From Octopus vulgaris (Eukaryota): a stretch of DNA of 64,000 nt. Shown piece by piece: positions 13,111 through 26,331 of the stretch; position 1 is the first letter of the stretch; each line of letters starts with the position of its first letter. The translations under genes were made by a program, and so were the position numbers. The notes beneath the pieces were generated by a model. That model was not told the DNA's origin. It worked only from the letters and a program-made list of their open reading frames with translations, and made no database searches. The stretch spans positions 12,400,001 through 12,464,000 of the forward strand of contig OX597820.1 of assembly GCA_951406725.2 (NCBI GenBank). Direction: 5' to 3'.

Positions 13111-14130
13111 GTATGTTGTACTGTTCAGTATATATTCAGTGTATTTGTGTGTGCGTGCATGTGTGTTTCGTTATTGGTAGGCTGGAAAACATGTACTCCA
13201 TTGAGTGAGAGATAAATAGCATTTAATAAAAACGTGGTTTAAATGTGCACTACCATAAGTAACTTGCTCGCATACTGCCGTAATAAGACAGGATGGTATA
13301 GTGTGCCGTTTAGTATGCGTATCTTCTGTAGAAGTTAAGTTAAATAAATATGTAATGTACATATATAAATATATACGTACTTACATGTATATATACATAC
13401 ATATAGACAGACAGACACACGCGAACAGACAGACATATGTTTGTGAATGGGTATATATATATATGTAAATACATGTGATTGTGTGCTTATATGTGTGTGT
13501 GTTAATATTTTCATATGCATACAAATACACGCACAAAATTGTTTTCCGGTAATAATACTTTTCGTCGAACTCATGGATTATTTTCCTCCTTATATCTTAT
13601 AAAGTGAATCTTTCCCAAACCGTTATGGGCTATAAAACCATTAAAATATCGATGGAAGAAAATAAAACATGTCTTCATTTTAATTTATTTACATAAATTT
13701 AACTAATTTTCATTTTTGCATAACTTCTCACCTGCTTTGAAGGAATGTTTCTTTCAAATATATATTTTACACATAGCAATGGTTTAAGCAAGCCTAAATA
13801 TACTAATATAATACATATAGACGTGTGTGTACTCATATGGATGATTTTATAAAGACACCTACTATGTTAAACTATGTTTTTCGTGTAGTATAACGATTTC
13901 GAACAATGAAATGTTCCTAATTGATGACCAAAGTATGTTGTGAAACTTAATGCATTACACTACGTTCTTTTCAATGTGCAGTTCTTTAGAGGTCCCAACT
14001 TCATTTTTCTACCTTTTCGCCTGAGAAAGTGCTTTCGCCTGAGTAGATTCGAATACAGGTTTATTACTAGAAGTGACTTTTTCTATCTTAAACAATTTTT
14101 TGATAATCCCAGGAGTATCACGTAAGAAAC

Positions 14131-14226
14131 ATATGTAGAGAAATGTCTAAATATGTAGACAAATGCCTAAATATGTAGACAAATGTCTAAATATGTAGAC
14201 AAATGTCTAAATATGTAGACAAATGT
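14131..14226. repeat. 20-bp minisatellite (atatgtagacaaatgtctaa) x~4.8
   Basis: Direct tandem copies with no spacers. Confidence 0.95.
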
Positions 14227-14932
14227 ATTCTCAGCAATGAAAAGTTTATAAACGCCTGTGGCCATAAGCCTATGTACGTGAGAGTTTCTTTTATCGTGTT
14301 TACTACTTTATACTAAACCTGTTAGAGTTTAGTGATAACGAGGCGACGGAAGAGGATATGTATTGATTGATACATTAATCTAATTAAAATGTAAAAGGAA
14401 GGAAATCGATAAAAACACTTCAGAGTGACGTTGGTTTGTTGTGAACAATAGAATTCAAATTCGTCTTGCATGTTTATCATATCAATCACCACTAATACCT
14501 CTAATTGCTATGCTCAAGAGATGATTCTTTAGTGGTACCTAAATACCGTTGCGTATAATTTTCCACAAATAATAATCTTCTTTAGAAATATATGTATAAA
14601 CCATGCAGGCAGTCGGTCTGTATTTTATTGTTCAAAAATGACTATTTACATTTTAGTTTCATTTATTTTAGCGATATCCATTTATCAAATTTAAAACCTA
14701 AAATATTACTTATGACTACTTTTAGCATTTCAAGTGTTATTTTAGTTAAATATCTTTATCGTATCGAAATATCTATGAATCCCGCTTAGTGTAAATATGT
14801 TATTATTCCAAGGAAATCATATTGTGTCCGAGAGGCGTTCTTCTTAAACGTCAGAAAATAACTTATAAACAGATCCTTACATTGTTTTTGCCGCCTTTTT
14901 TAATTAATCCATACTTTATTATTTGTAGCAGT

Positions 14933-15135
14933 AAGGCGGTGAGCTGGCAGAGTTGTTAGTGCGCCGGACAAATTATTTGGCGGAATTTCACACATGCTTA
15001 TGTTCTGAGTACAAGTCCTGCTGAGGTCCACCTATCATTTCGGGGTCGATAAAATAAGTACCAGTCGAGTAATGGAGACAATGTCCTCGAATTACATCCC
15101 ACCCGAACGTGTTGGGTTTGGGACAAAATTTAAAA
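14933..15135 (+). mobile_element. SINE family A
   Basis: aaggcggtgagctggcaga head; ttcggggtcgataaaataagtaccag core. Confidence 0.85.
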
Positions 15136-16779
15136 TCAATATTTAATAATAACCTGTATATTGTAAAACTACTTTGGGATTTCTTGTATTTTTATTTGTA
15201 TTGACTAGACTCTTACTGCATAGTCATCGTCCAGTTCCTCTCCTGCTTGTGTTAATGATAATGTTTACTATACATTATGAAGAAAGAATATTGCAAACTA
15301 CAGAATTCGTTTACTGCTGCCCACAAACATATAGAGTTCATTTAAATTATCATTTAATCTATGTATTTCATTGTCTCTTGTCTTTGCAGAGGCACTTTTA
15401 GTCATGATATGTATCTCTATAAATCGTGTGATAACAACCTACGTATAATATGTAACAGCTAATAGATTACTAACGTATAAATAGCAGCTGGATTTTATTT
15501 GATTCCTCCAGTCATAGAAGAATGTAATGTTGTGTTATTCGTTGTCTGTACTGTGTTTGTGTTAGTGCAAACGTTCGATAATTATGTATCATCAAAGTCT
15601 GTTTAAGTTTTAAACATTAATATAAATTTAATATTCTGTAAGTCTATTCTGTCTTATTTCTATATTGATTGTATGTGTTGTGGTTAACATGAGATATTTA
15701 TTATATTGCTTTATTGTCTGTTGAAATCAGTTCATCTGCATGTTGAGGCCATATATATCTGCTGAAGTTTTAAATGTCTAAATTGGCTTGTATCTCAGAT
15801 TAAAGGTCACCTTATCCGCAACATATAGTTCACATATGAAATTTTTGTTTGTATATCTGAAAAGTAAATTCATATGAATAACAAAAACCACAGTTGAATA
15901 TAGAACTAAGAAATTGATAAAAGAATTTTAATATTACAGCATCATATAGACACATTAAAACATAATAGTAGAATGAAAAATTGATAATGCAGTGACGAAC
16001 TCCATCATATGTGAGCTGTTATGTCACAATAATGGAAGGACCTATATATAACAGAGAAGATCATAGCAATACTTAATCTGTAGCTGCAAGGTATATTATT
16101 TGTAAATATGTTATTTAAAGCATGAGTCAACAAACTTTTATCAGAGAAGCTTTTATATCTTGGAGGAGTAATGATGCTTTTAAGCGACACATCTAACACA
16201 GTCATGACACCCCTACTTCAAATATATAATAAAAGTTTACATTACCGATGTAAATTTGTAAATTCCTAATATTTGGGATGGAGTGCACTTTATTTATGAG
16301 GTTGTTTGTCACTGTGTCTACACTCTCTCACTGGGTTGGAGTTCTTTTCTTTACACGAATTCGTTTTTAGCGAAGCTGTTCAATGAATAAATTGTATTTT
16401 CAACTATACTTTCTGTATGGTTGATATTATTGCATTAAAGTAAAACTTTGATAAAAGTAAAAGATTTAGCGTAAGATGTCAATAGTAGTGTAAACCAAAA
16501 AAAAAAAAAAAACATTTTCATCATGCGCACAAGTCTGCACTATTCTTCAAAAATTCTCTACGTGATACACGGACGCAAGCATAAAAACGCATTCATACAT
16601 ATCCACACACACACGCGCGCACGCACATACTCACACACACACAAATATATATACACGTCAGTGTGTTTAAGTGCAGTAATGTTTGGTTATATGTGCTCAC
16701 ATGTAGATATGAATACACACATATAAATAATGTAAGCAATTTGATAATTCATAATATCAGTTCTCTTCTTTCTAATATC

Positions 16780-17320
16780 TATTTCTAATAATCATTTATA
16801 GCAATGGCTATCTGATTTCAACGGAAAAATGTCAGTTATTATCCAACAGTATCACTCAAGTTGTATCAGACAATGTAATCGCTACTAATTTTGTGGAATT
16901 TGTTCCTGGACAATAATTCGTTTTCACTCTTTTTCGCGATAATGATAGTTGGTAAATTACATATTTGTGCCTCTGATCACCATTCTTTTGTTGAAGTTGA
17001 CATTTTTGCTTTCTGTTTTGTCGCAGTTTTGAAATTTATTTTGTCTCCTCACGTTCCTGTTACTTACGACTGCAAATATATCTGTTTTGAATTTATTTTT
17101 CTCACCCTCAGTTACACTATTACTATTCCTCCTAGATCTCGAAATAAACTTTTCAAAGACTGCAACATAAGTGTCGTGGAGGACTTTCAGCATGATCTTT
17201 GAGAGTATTTTCTGCATTCCGCTATCAAGACCATGGTGAGAGTCTGCCGCAACAGTATTTTCAACTGTTTGTCTCCCAGCTCCATGCAAAGAAAAACAGA
17301 CTTGTCCCTAGATAAGCTGG
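16780..17320 (-). mobile_element. Probable RTE-type LINE endonuclease relic
   Basis: RMVIRGT and ..PGTNST..DYIV resemble the NLVIGGT...PDG...IDHI motifs of APE endonucleases. This would explain ORF 16957-17289. Confidence 0.35.
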
Positions 17321-17559
17321 TAGTCTCTTAGTTATGTGTACTTTGAACAATACAACAATGTTTTTCGATGTTGTGAAGTTTCCGCAATTCAATCATTGCA
17401 TGGATACTGTAATTGAGTTGTATGTGTATAAAGACATGCGTATATATGTATGTATATATGTGCACATGGCAATAAGATTTTGTATGATTCCTAATATGAC
17501 CTAATTCTAATAATTAATATGTGCGCGCGCAATTGGTGTATGCATTCTTTGTGCTTTGT

Positions 17560-18060
17560 GTACATAGCAATGTTTTTGTAGTGTACACGTGTCTGATCAC
17601 CATGCCTTATTCCAGGAAACATGTAATCATATTAAATGATGTGTTCATTCGCTTATTGAAACAGAGACGGATTTGGTTAGAACCCACCGCGCAAAGAATA
17701 TCTCAGGATAACTCGGATGAAACTGTGAAGTCACTAGAACTGCGATATATGCAAAGTCATCTGAAAAAGAATATTGCGCGAGTATTGTCCTTATTTTTGA
17801 GGAATATTTTTCCTGCGCTCGGCAAATTACTGGAGCTGAAATCGATTTAGGCGTTTTGTATGCAGAATATTGCCAAGTGTTCACTAAACTTAATCAGCTG
17901 GCCAACGTGATTGTTGGAGCATAAACTCTGACATTCTGTAGTGGAGTATATGAATGACAATAACCAGACAACAGGTCAATGCATCGGATGAAAGTTTAAC
18001 ACTTCAGCAGGACATTCATGTGCAAGGCTATGAAGAATTCAGTTTCAAAAAGACACAGTA
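17560..18060 (+). mobile_element. Highly decayed mariner-like transposase relic
   Basis: Faint similarity to the HLKKxCARWVP and IVTGDETW regions across frames. Confidence 0.35.
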
Positions 18061-18739
18061 AGTCTGTGATGGGGGGGGGGGGGGCGGATGTAGACAAATA
18101 GACGGGTTGCAGTTGACATCAATCAATTCTATCCAAGTTGAATGTATCGCGAATCCATTCGGAGTATACATGTTTTGTGTCGGTTCAGTGAAAAAAGTCT
18201 ATGGAACCATATCTTACAATTGGTGTCACATGTGGAGTGTATTGGACAATCAAGTAAGTAAGTGTATCTCGACGATGACTCATCCCTTTCCTTTGTAGAG
18301 AAAACCCCGTCAGTCTTTGTCTCTGACAAGAGACGATGGCGAACAAAGTTGGGTGGTGGAAGCAGTAAAAAACACTGAGAGTAGACACTTATCTCTCAAC
18401 ACAATAACTCACCAGTTTCCTGAAATATCACTTGAATGGTAAATATTATGTTGGAGAATGCGAAAACCCTACAATAACTATGTGTCTGCGGGCTGGCTGT
18501 GAGAAATTCTCAGCTAACACTTCCTTTTGGTGTGTCAATTTAATCTTGAATTTTATATGGATAAACTCATTTCGGGAATACTTTTCAATTCTTATCTTGC
18601 TAATTGTCCTTTATTATTATTATTATTGTTTATAATTCTCATTTTTATTTACTCATATTACTGAATTCGCCATTTTTCTCAGTATACTGTCTTTACCTTT
18701 TGTATTTGTACTATCCCCAATAATAAATAATTAGTATCA

Positions 18740-19760
18740 TTTCCCCATATCGTGTGCCTTCAGAGCCCTGCCGAGCGCATGCAGTGTTTGGTTTTGGATT
18801 TGTAGTAAGTGTGCAATGTCAATGGTTACTGTTACTCTGTGTTGTGTATAAATCCTGGTGTTTTGCTTATGTACTTTGCATGCTTCCATTATTTCCCAAA
18901 GCATGATTGTTTTTGTTGTCACATCTCTTCATGTTGGTTATCTCTATCTCCAGATCTTTCGATAATTCTTGCATTTCATTTACAGATACATCCTCATCTG
19001 TTGGTACTTATGCTTTCAGACGCCTTTACTTCTGGGCCTAACAAATGACGGCCTTAATAATACTGTGTGAATTGACGTATTTCCGATTATAGCCGTTTTG
19101 TCATTCTCTTCGGCAACTTATGGTGTACAATTATACATCCTTTTTTCTCACAGTATTTAATAATACAATCACCAACGTTTCCATGCCGGCAAACATATTC
19201 TAGTAAAAATGAGTAGGCAGACAAAATGAGCAAATTGTTTCTTTCCTGTTTGCTCGTCATTCACTTACTTCATTTTGCTTTATTAAATGCTTGTGGTAAA
19301 TTTCCACTGGGGAAGATTTGAAGGTGTGTCGCAATTAAGAACACTTTAATGTCATCTTTCGATCCTGCTCTCAACAAACGCTGCGATTTATTTTTGTCTT
19401 ATTTCATCCTGTCCGCTGTTTTTGACTTTGCTGTCAGTAGCACATTTTAGAGTAGTTTTTAACCGTTTCGAATTGCTATTTTTGGTCTTCTTTCAATCGC
19501 ATTTGGATGTTTTTAAGCAACTATTTTATATTTGTTCATTTCTTTGAAGACAAGAAAAGTTTTAATAGCTTTTAGTTTTCCATGAATTGTATTAGCTTGC
19601 CTTGGTTCTTCACAACATATTTTGTAGTTCGTCATTGAATATTTCTTAATAGTTTTCCAGTTAAATAAGGCCCCTTCTTGCTTGCAATCAATGTAAATAT
19701 AATATTTTACGTCATATTTGGAGTAATGTATTCTAAATGCAGTTAGTTTTGAACGAGTTT
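18740..19760 (-). mobile_element. R4/Dong-like LINE relic
   Basis: The - strand carries KDLEIEITNM...TTKTI and KYISKTPG-like RLE-end motifs. Confidence 0.55.
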
Positions 19761-20682
19761 TTTTAAATGAAATTTCTCAACTTGAAATATACCTATAAAT
19801 GATAGTCCCAGATATATCTGATAAAACACCTATGGGCAGAAAATAGGGTGGGGACACCATCATAATTGATGACACACAACTGTCCAACATCAGACGGCTG
19901 TGATACCTATTACACTAGAGGGACCTTTCTAACTTTCAGCTGGCAAATTTGAAACTTTGTTTTTACAGACGACAAAGTCTTGTTTGAATATTTTTAAACA
20001 TTAAGAAGTGTGGTAATAAGCTTTTTATCGAAGTTACTCGAACGCAAATTGTCTGCGGCGGACACGCGGTTCGATTCCTTTCAATGACTCATTCAACACA
20101 TTGTTCTCTTTTTTAAGGATATTTTATCCGATCTATCATAAATTATATTCCATAGCTATATTCAGTGGCTTCATATAAATCATAATTTTCAAATGAATTA
20201 TTTCTTCATATGTACGAATCAAAGTATTCTTTGTGCTTCAGTTTTTCTTTATAGATTCGCACATTCATTTTGCCTCAATGCAGTAATGGATAACCATAAT
20301 TTATGTGTCTATGACAGCTAGGTTATTAATGCACTTAACTTTAATATGAGTATTAACTTTAACTTCAATCATCTCTCCTATCTATTCCAAATCTCCACTT
20401 TCTGTGTACTTGTTGTATTCAATCTATTCTATTGGTTGCTAGGTGTTTTAGATCCACTAATAATTTAATTGATGTGCTTGCGATTTTTTTATGAAGCAAG
20501 ATATTAGAAGTTTTAATCAAATTTCTTTAATGGTCAGTTTTTTTTTCTAAACTTAATCTCAAAAGAGTTCTTTTAATTCTGCAGAAGTGTTTCTATATTC
20601 AGTGTAATAACTGCATTTGGCCACCACGTAAAAAATATTAATTGCTAACTCATCGAACTTTTACCAGTATGTATTCTAATAT

Positions 20683-20894
20683 AATCCTTTCGACTATAGA
20701 CACATGGCCTGAAATTTGTGGGGAGGGCGTAAGTCGATTTCATCGACCCTAGTTTCTCACTAGTACTTAATTTATCGACCTCAAAACGATGAAAGGCAAA
20801 GTCGACGAAATTCGAACTCAGAACATAGCGGCAGACAAAATAACACTACGCAGTTCTCCCGGCGTGCTAACGATTCTGCCAGCTTGCCGCCTTA
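20683..20894 (-). mobile_element. SINE family A
   Basis: Full head, core and tail in reverse orientation. Confidence 0.9.
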
Positions 20895-21089
20895 ATGTAT
20901 TCTAATATTAAAGGTTTTGGCACCAATGAAGAAGGAATGGATAGGGTAATGCAGTGAGAGTCTATTTCTTTCTTTTCTATCCGCTATTATTCACAAGTGA
21001 ATTGAACTATGTCAATGTATTCCATGCTCATACTTCTTAACAGTATTCAGTTATAGATTTATTACTCAATAATTATCGCCATCTGAAGA

Positions 21090-21378
21090 GAAGGTGCGTG
21101 GCTAAGTGGTTACCCTCAATATTGTAAGGTCGTGCGTTCGATACTTGTGGGCGCGTTGTGTCGTTGAGCTAGATATTTTATTTCATGTCATTCCAGTCCA
21201 CTTAGCTGCCAGAAATGAGCTGTACCTATATTCCAACAGGCCAACCTTGTCTCATTCTGTGCAACTACGTTAAGGGTACGCATGTCTGTGGAGATCTCAG
21301 CTACTTTCAAATTAATTTCACGGGTAGGCTCTTCCGTTGATGAGACCAGCTGGAACTCTTGTCATCGTAACCGACGCC
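21090..21378 (+). mobile_element. SINE sharing the family B head and core, with a different tail
   Basis: aaggtgcgtggctaagtggtta head; ttccagtccacttagctg..aaatgag core. Confidence 0.7.
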
Positions 21379-21645
21379 ATATGAACTTTGCAGCATCTAT
21401 TAGTTCTTCCCGAAAGAGGATGACTTTCCCATTCATATTAATAGTAATGCAACATTAATGTAGTTGAATCTTTGTTAGCTGTTGGACGGCAGATTATGTA
21501 CTTGAAATGTGTAGTGTTTGCTGAAGATAAAGGTTTCGTTAAAATTCAGAATACCTATCTCGCTTCTGTAGTATCTTATCGATCGTTTATGCTGTCACTG
21601 TGTGTGACTTGATCTTTACCACATTACATTGTACTAATGCCTTCA

Positions 21646-21711
<66 letters not shown>

Positions 21712-21950
21712 TCATTACACTAGTCTTGAGTCGTTCCAATTTGGTCAAGTATTTTCGTGGATAAGGCGCACATTAAGTGGTCATTTTTTGCTATCCGAAA
21801 TACTTGATTTTGAACTGTATTTTAGAAATAAATTTTACACGAAGATCGTTTTGGAATAAAAAAAGAGAAATCCGTTATTCAGAAAACTTTTAGCCGTAAA
21901 CTTTTTCAAATGGATTCTGATCTTACGATGAGATAGATTATAACGAATTC

Positions 21951-22290
21951 TGAGGCGTGGCTCTGTGGTAAGAAGCTCCACAAAAGTCCTCTACTATAAC
22001 CTCGAGCCGACTAAAGCCTTCTGTGTGGATTTGGTAGACGGAAACTGAAGGAAGCCTGTCGCATATATATATATACATATGTATTCGTTGTGTTTGTGTT
22101 TGTCCCCCTACCATCGCTTGACAACTGATGCTGGTGTATTTACAGCTCCGTAAAGTAGCGGTGTGGCAAAAGAGACCGATAGAATAAGAACTAGACTAGC
22201 AAAGAATAAGTCCTGGGGTCAATTTGTTCGACTAAAGGCGGAGCTTCAGCATGGTAGCAGTCATTTGACTGCAACAAGTAAAAGAATAAA
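21951..22290 (+). mobile_element. SINE family C
   Basis: gtggatttggtagacggaaactgaa...cagcatgg..gcagtca..tgactg; homologous to 38596-39008. Confidence 0.85.
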
Positions 22291-23200
22291 TCTTTAAGTA
22301 AATTTTTTGGAATAATATGGGGGAGAGAAACATACTATTTTAGAGTTATGGAAGAAAATCAAGATTCGTTATTGTGCAAAGAAGATTGAAATGCCAGTTC
22401 GTGAATTAAGAAAAGAACCGTAAATGTATGTGAGAAGGAAAGCTGTTTTCCCCAGATTAGTACTGGATGATTGTGATTCTAAATCAGAAGAATCTACACA
22501 GAGATATACTATTACCAGTTCTAAAGCAGTTAGTTGTCAAAGGCTTCGAAAAAATTTTTCTGTAGTGAGTGGAAAGAAATGTGATTAACCATCACCATAA
22601 ATCCAGCTGGCGAAAGCGAGTTCCATATTTTGGGGCCAGACTCATTGTTTATTCCACAAATTTTAAATGATGGACTCCAAATATCAAGAAGTTTAGAAAA
22701 AAAAATTGACGACTGGTATATCGACGTCCGAGCAATTTTACACTCATTTAAAACAATGTACGGTCAAAAATTGCACATTTTATGTAACAACTGTATTGAA
22801 AATAGAAGAAAGAACAGTGAGATTGTGTTACACAGAGATTTCAACTAATGAAAAACGAAAAGGTATAGTTTTATTAATCTTCAAGTGAAACGACAGTGAG
22901 TTATATAAACACAGCGGGAAAAAATATTACGTCACCATATTATGTCACAGGTCTCAGCCGTTGGAATGCAGCCCTTCTGAGGCACTATCTTGAAATGTTT
23001 TAAGTTGTCATAAAAATGCACTTTTTATTCAAGTTTGATAATTAATTATTTGTACCTTATTGGTGATTACAGGACACATAGATACATCAATATCAGAAGA
23101 ACTATATAACTATTTATATTGATGTAACTTTAGCAAGAATTCGGGCTTACTCGCACACATACACATATATCTATGCATACGTTTACACGCAATCACACAC

Positions 23201-23249
<49 letters not shown>

Positions 23250-23460
23250 GGTTATAAGAGATAATGGTGTCATTGAGACCCAAAGCTGTCAGGTAATGCT
23301 GGATAAGTGCTATAGACAGACCATAGTTAAGTTCCAGATTCGGTAATATTGCGAATTAAGGGTTCAACGTTGGTTCTATGTCACCGTGTATATATATGAA
23401 TTTTTTGCGTGCTCTAATATCTATACAGCCTTGATTTTTTTTATCTCATTACGCAATAAA

Positions 23461-23528
<68 letters not shown>

Positions 23529-24510
23529 AATATTAAATTTCGTAATATTAGTGTCCGTCCTAGAATCAGGTCAGCGTTAAGTATCAATAAAGAATGCAAC
23601 AGAGATATTTAGAAACGTAAAATTTGAGACTTGTATTGTTAACTATGAATGATTTATAGAACAGAATTGTTCAGAAAGAAAAATGTACATTGGTTCAGTT
23701 GATAGCGTTCGTTATGCACTCCGCTTCAAGGATTTTAATTAGAAATACAGTTACAAAATTGAATGAAGCATATTTTTTTTGTAATTGAATTCATCCAAGT
23801 GACTGGGTAAAGACGCTGTTTTTACGGTACACATAGTCCAAAATATTTCTCATGTATTTTCTTCGTGTTTTCAATTATATTCACGTGTACACCAGTAAAG
23901 GGTGCTATGAAATTCGGAGACTCATTAACAATGTTCATTATTTCAAATGTATCTTTCGTTAAGAAGAATGAATTGAGCAAGTTATTTGCAGTTGTTTCAT
24001 ATGATGATTTCTATATCATAAATATTACTATATTATGCAGCTAAGCATTTGTATATACATCGATTGATTCATGTGGTGTCGTTCTAATAAACATACCTAG
24101 TTCGATTCTTCAGAATCATGCATAAAATTTATTGATAGGGTAAAATCCAAGGTTAAAACTCGAATGAAATTATATAATATACGAGTATATATATATATAT
24201 ATATATGAAATATGACAGGGAATAGCAGTTATAGGTAATCAACTTGTACCCAGTCAGTAACACAATCTATATTACTGTAGCCTTCTCTCAAATCTCATCT
24301 CTTTATCCTCTACATCAATTTTTCACTAAGTGTGCTCCTCTCACTAACGTATACAAGTGTATGGCAACCATTCGCCTTTTGATGTTTAATCTGAATTCAT
24401 CTAAAAACAAATGAAATATTCACATGATTTCAAATCTGAGTGGACGACAGCTTTCGAAAGAGGAAATCATTATTGTTTATTATGAGACTTACCACACTTG
24501 TCAGATGATA

Positions 24511-24913
24511 ATATCCGTTTCTACTCTAGGCACAAGGCCCGAAATTTTGGGGGAGGGGGCAATCGATTACATCGACCCCACTACACAACTGGTACTTAAT
24601 TTATCGACCCCGAAAGGATGAAAGGCAAAGTCGACCTCGGCGGAATTTGAACTCAGAACGTAGCGGCAGACGAAATACCTATTTCTTTACTACCCACAAG
24701 GGGCTAAACACAGAGGGGACAAACAAGGACAGACAAACGGATTAAAGTCGATTATATCGACCCCAGTGCGTAACTGGTACTTATTTAATCGACCCCGAAA
24801 GGATGAAAGGCAAAGTCGACCTCGGTGGAATTTGAACTCAGAACGTAGCGGCAGACGAAATACGGCTAAGCCTTTCGTCCGGCATGCTGACGAATCTGCT
24901 AGCTCACCACCTT
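24511..24913 (-). mobile_element. SINE family A, dimeric composite
   Basis: Two cores joined through an alternative tail at gacgaaatac|ctatttctttac. Confidence 0.9.
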
Positions 24914-25362
24914 GTCTGATGACAATATCAAACACCCTTCTCTTCGTGAAGAAGCCAATAACGATATAATTTTCCGACTGCCATGGAAGACTCTGTTATT
25001 TTTTAGGACCTTATATCTCTATCTTGAAGGCAACATTGATTATTGAATTTCCTTTGAGGACGTTGGACAGTAGTATGTTCTTTTTCTTCGTAAGGAATAT
25101 CAAATATACAGAATATGGATGGAAATGCGACAGGAACATTGTATGATGTAGCACTTTCTGACATAATTTTATGGAGGGCATACCAACGCCATATACAATG
25201 TTCTGTTTTCAAAAAAACATTATGAGCATAAAAGGAACATTGCAAAAGTGGGAAAAAAGAACTTGGGAGAAAATAGGTGTGTAAAAAGAGCATAAAAATA
25301 AGAAAATATATGAAAATAAAAAATAACGCTACGAAATGAGGAAGCAAGAAAAGAAAATAATA

Positions 25363-25775
25363 TTTATTTCTTTATTGCCCACAGAGGGCTAAACATAGAG
25401 GGGACAAACAGGAACAGACAAAGGGTTTACGTCGATTACATCGACGTCAGTGCGTAACTGGTACTTATTTAATCGACCCCAAAAGGCAAAGTCGACCTCG
25501 GCAGAATTTGAACTCAGAACGTAGTGGCAGACGAAATACGTATTTCTTTATTACCCACAGGGGGCTAAACACAGAGGGGACAAACAGGAACAGACAAAGG
25601 TATTAAGTCGATTACATCGAGCCCAGTGCGTAACTGGTACTTGATTTATCGACCCCGAAAGGATGAAAGGCAAAGTCGACCTCGGCGGAATTTGAACTTA
25701 CAACGTAACAGCAGACGAAATGCCACTAAGCATTTCGCTCGGCATGCTAACGATTCTGCCAGCTCACCGGCCTTA
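25363..25775 (-). mobile_element. SINE family A, dimeric composite
   Basis: Two core+tail units in tandem with the same junction. Confidence 0.9.
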
Positions 25776-26011
25776 AGAGAAAAAATATCGAAGTGGTAAA
25801 ATGCAGAGGAAGGTAAAATTGTAGAAATGGAGAAGTGCAAGAAAACGAAAAAGACAAAGAAATAAGATTATAGAAAGAAACAAGCATGAAAAGAAAGCTC
25901 AAGGAAGTGAAAGTCCAAAATTGGATAGCAGTCCTGGAGAGAAAATCAGTGGAAAAATTATTGACAGGTGAAATGACCACTGCTATGTTTAATTATGAAT
26001 CTAATTATTAC

Positions 26012-26331
26012 TACGGAGATGTACTCGCATAGCAAGTGATTTGATCTGCGATCGTGTGCTGGAACGAAAACAATTGCAGCGTGGAAGGTGTTTATAAGCC
26101 ATTTAAGAAACACACAAAAGCCGTTCGATTCACTTCAACATTTAAGTTTAATTTGTCAAAATATTTCCGTCGCTAAAATCCGCGACCTGTTCACTGACAA
26201 AAATCCGAGATGCAGGTCGCGGATTTTAGCGACGAAAATATTTTGACAAATTAAACTTAAATGTTGAAGTGAATCGAACGGCTTTTGTGTGTTTCTTAAA
26301 TGGTTTACAAACACCTTCCACGCACCAATTG
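26012..26331 (-). mobile_element. Fold-back element family 1 copy B
   Basis: ~120-bp inverted arms (26071-26189 and 26213-26331). The same hammerhead-like motif is on the - strand at 26152-26201, with GAAA changed to GGAA. Confidence 0.75.

Noticed and set aside
14131-14226. CRISPR-like appearance of regular 20-bp repeats
   Set aside because: There are no spacers and no cas genes, and the context is eukaryotic; this is a simple minisatellite.
16957-17289. 110-aa ORF as a host gene exon
   Set aside because: Better explained as a decayed LINE endonuclease fragment; no convincing splice sites.
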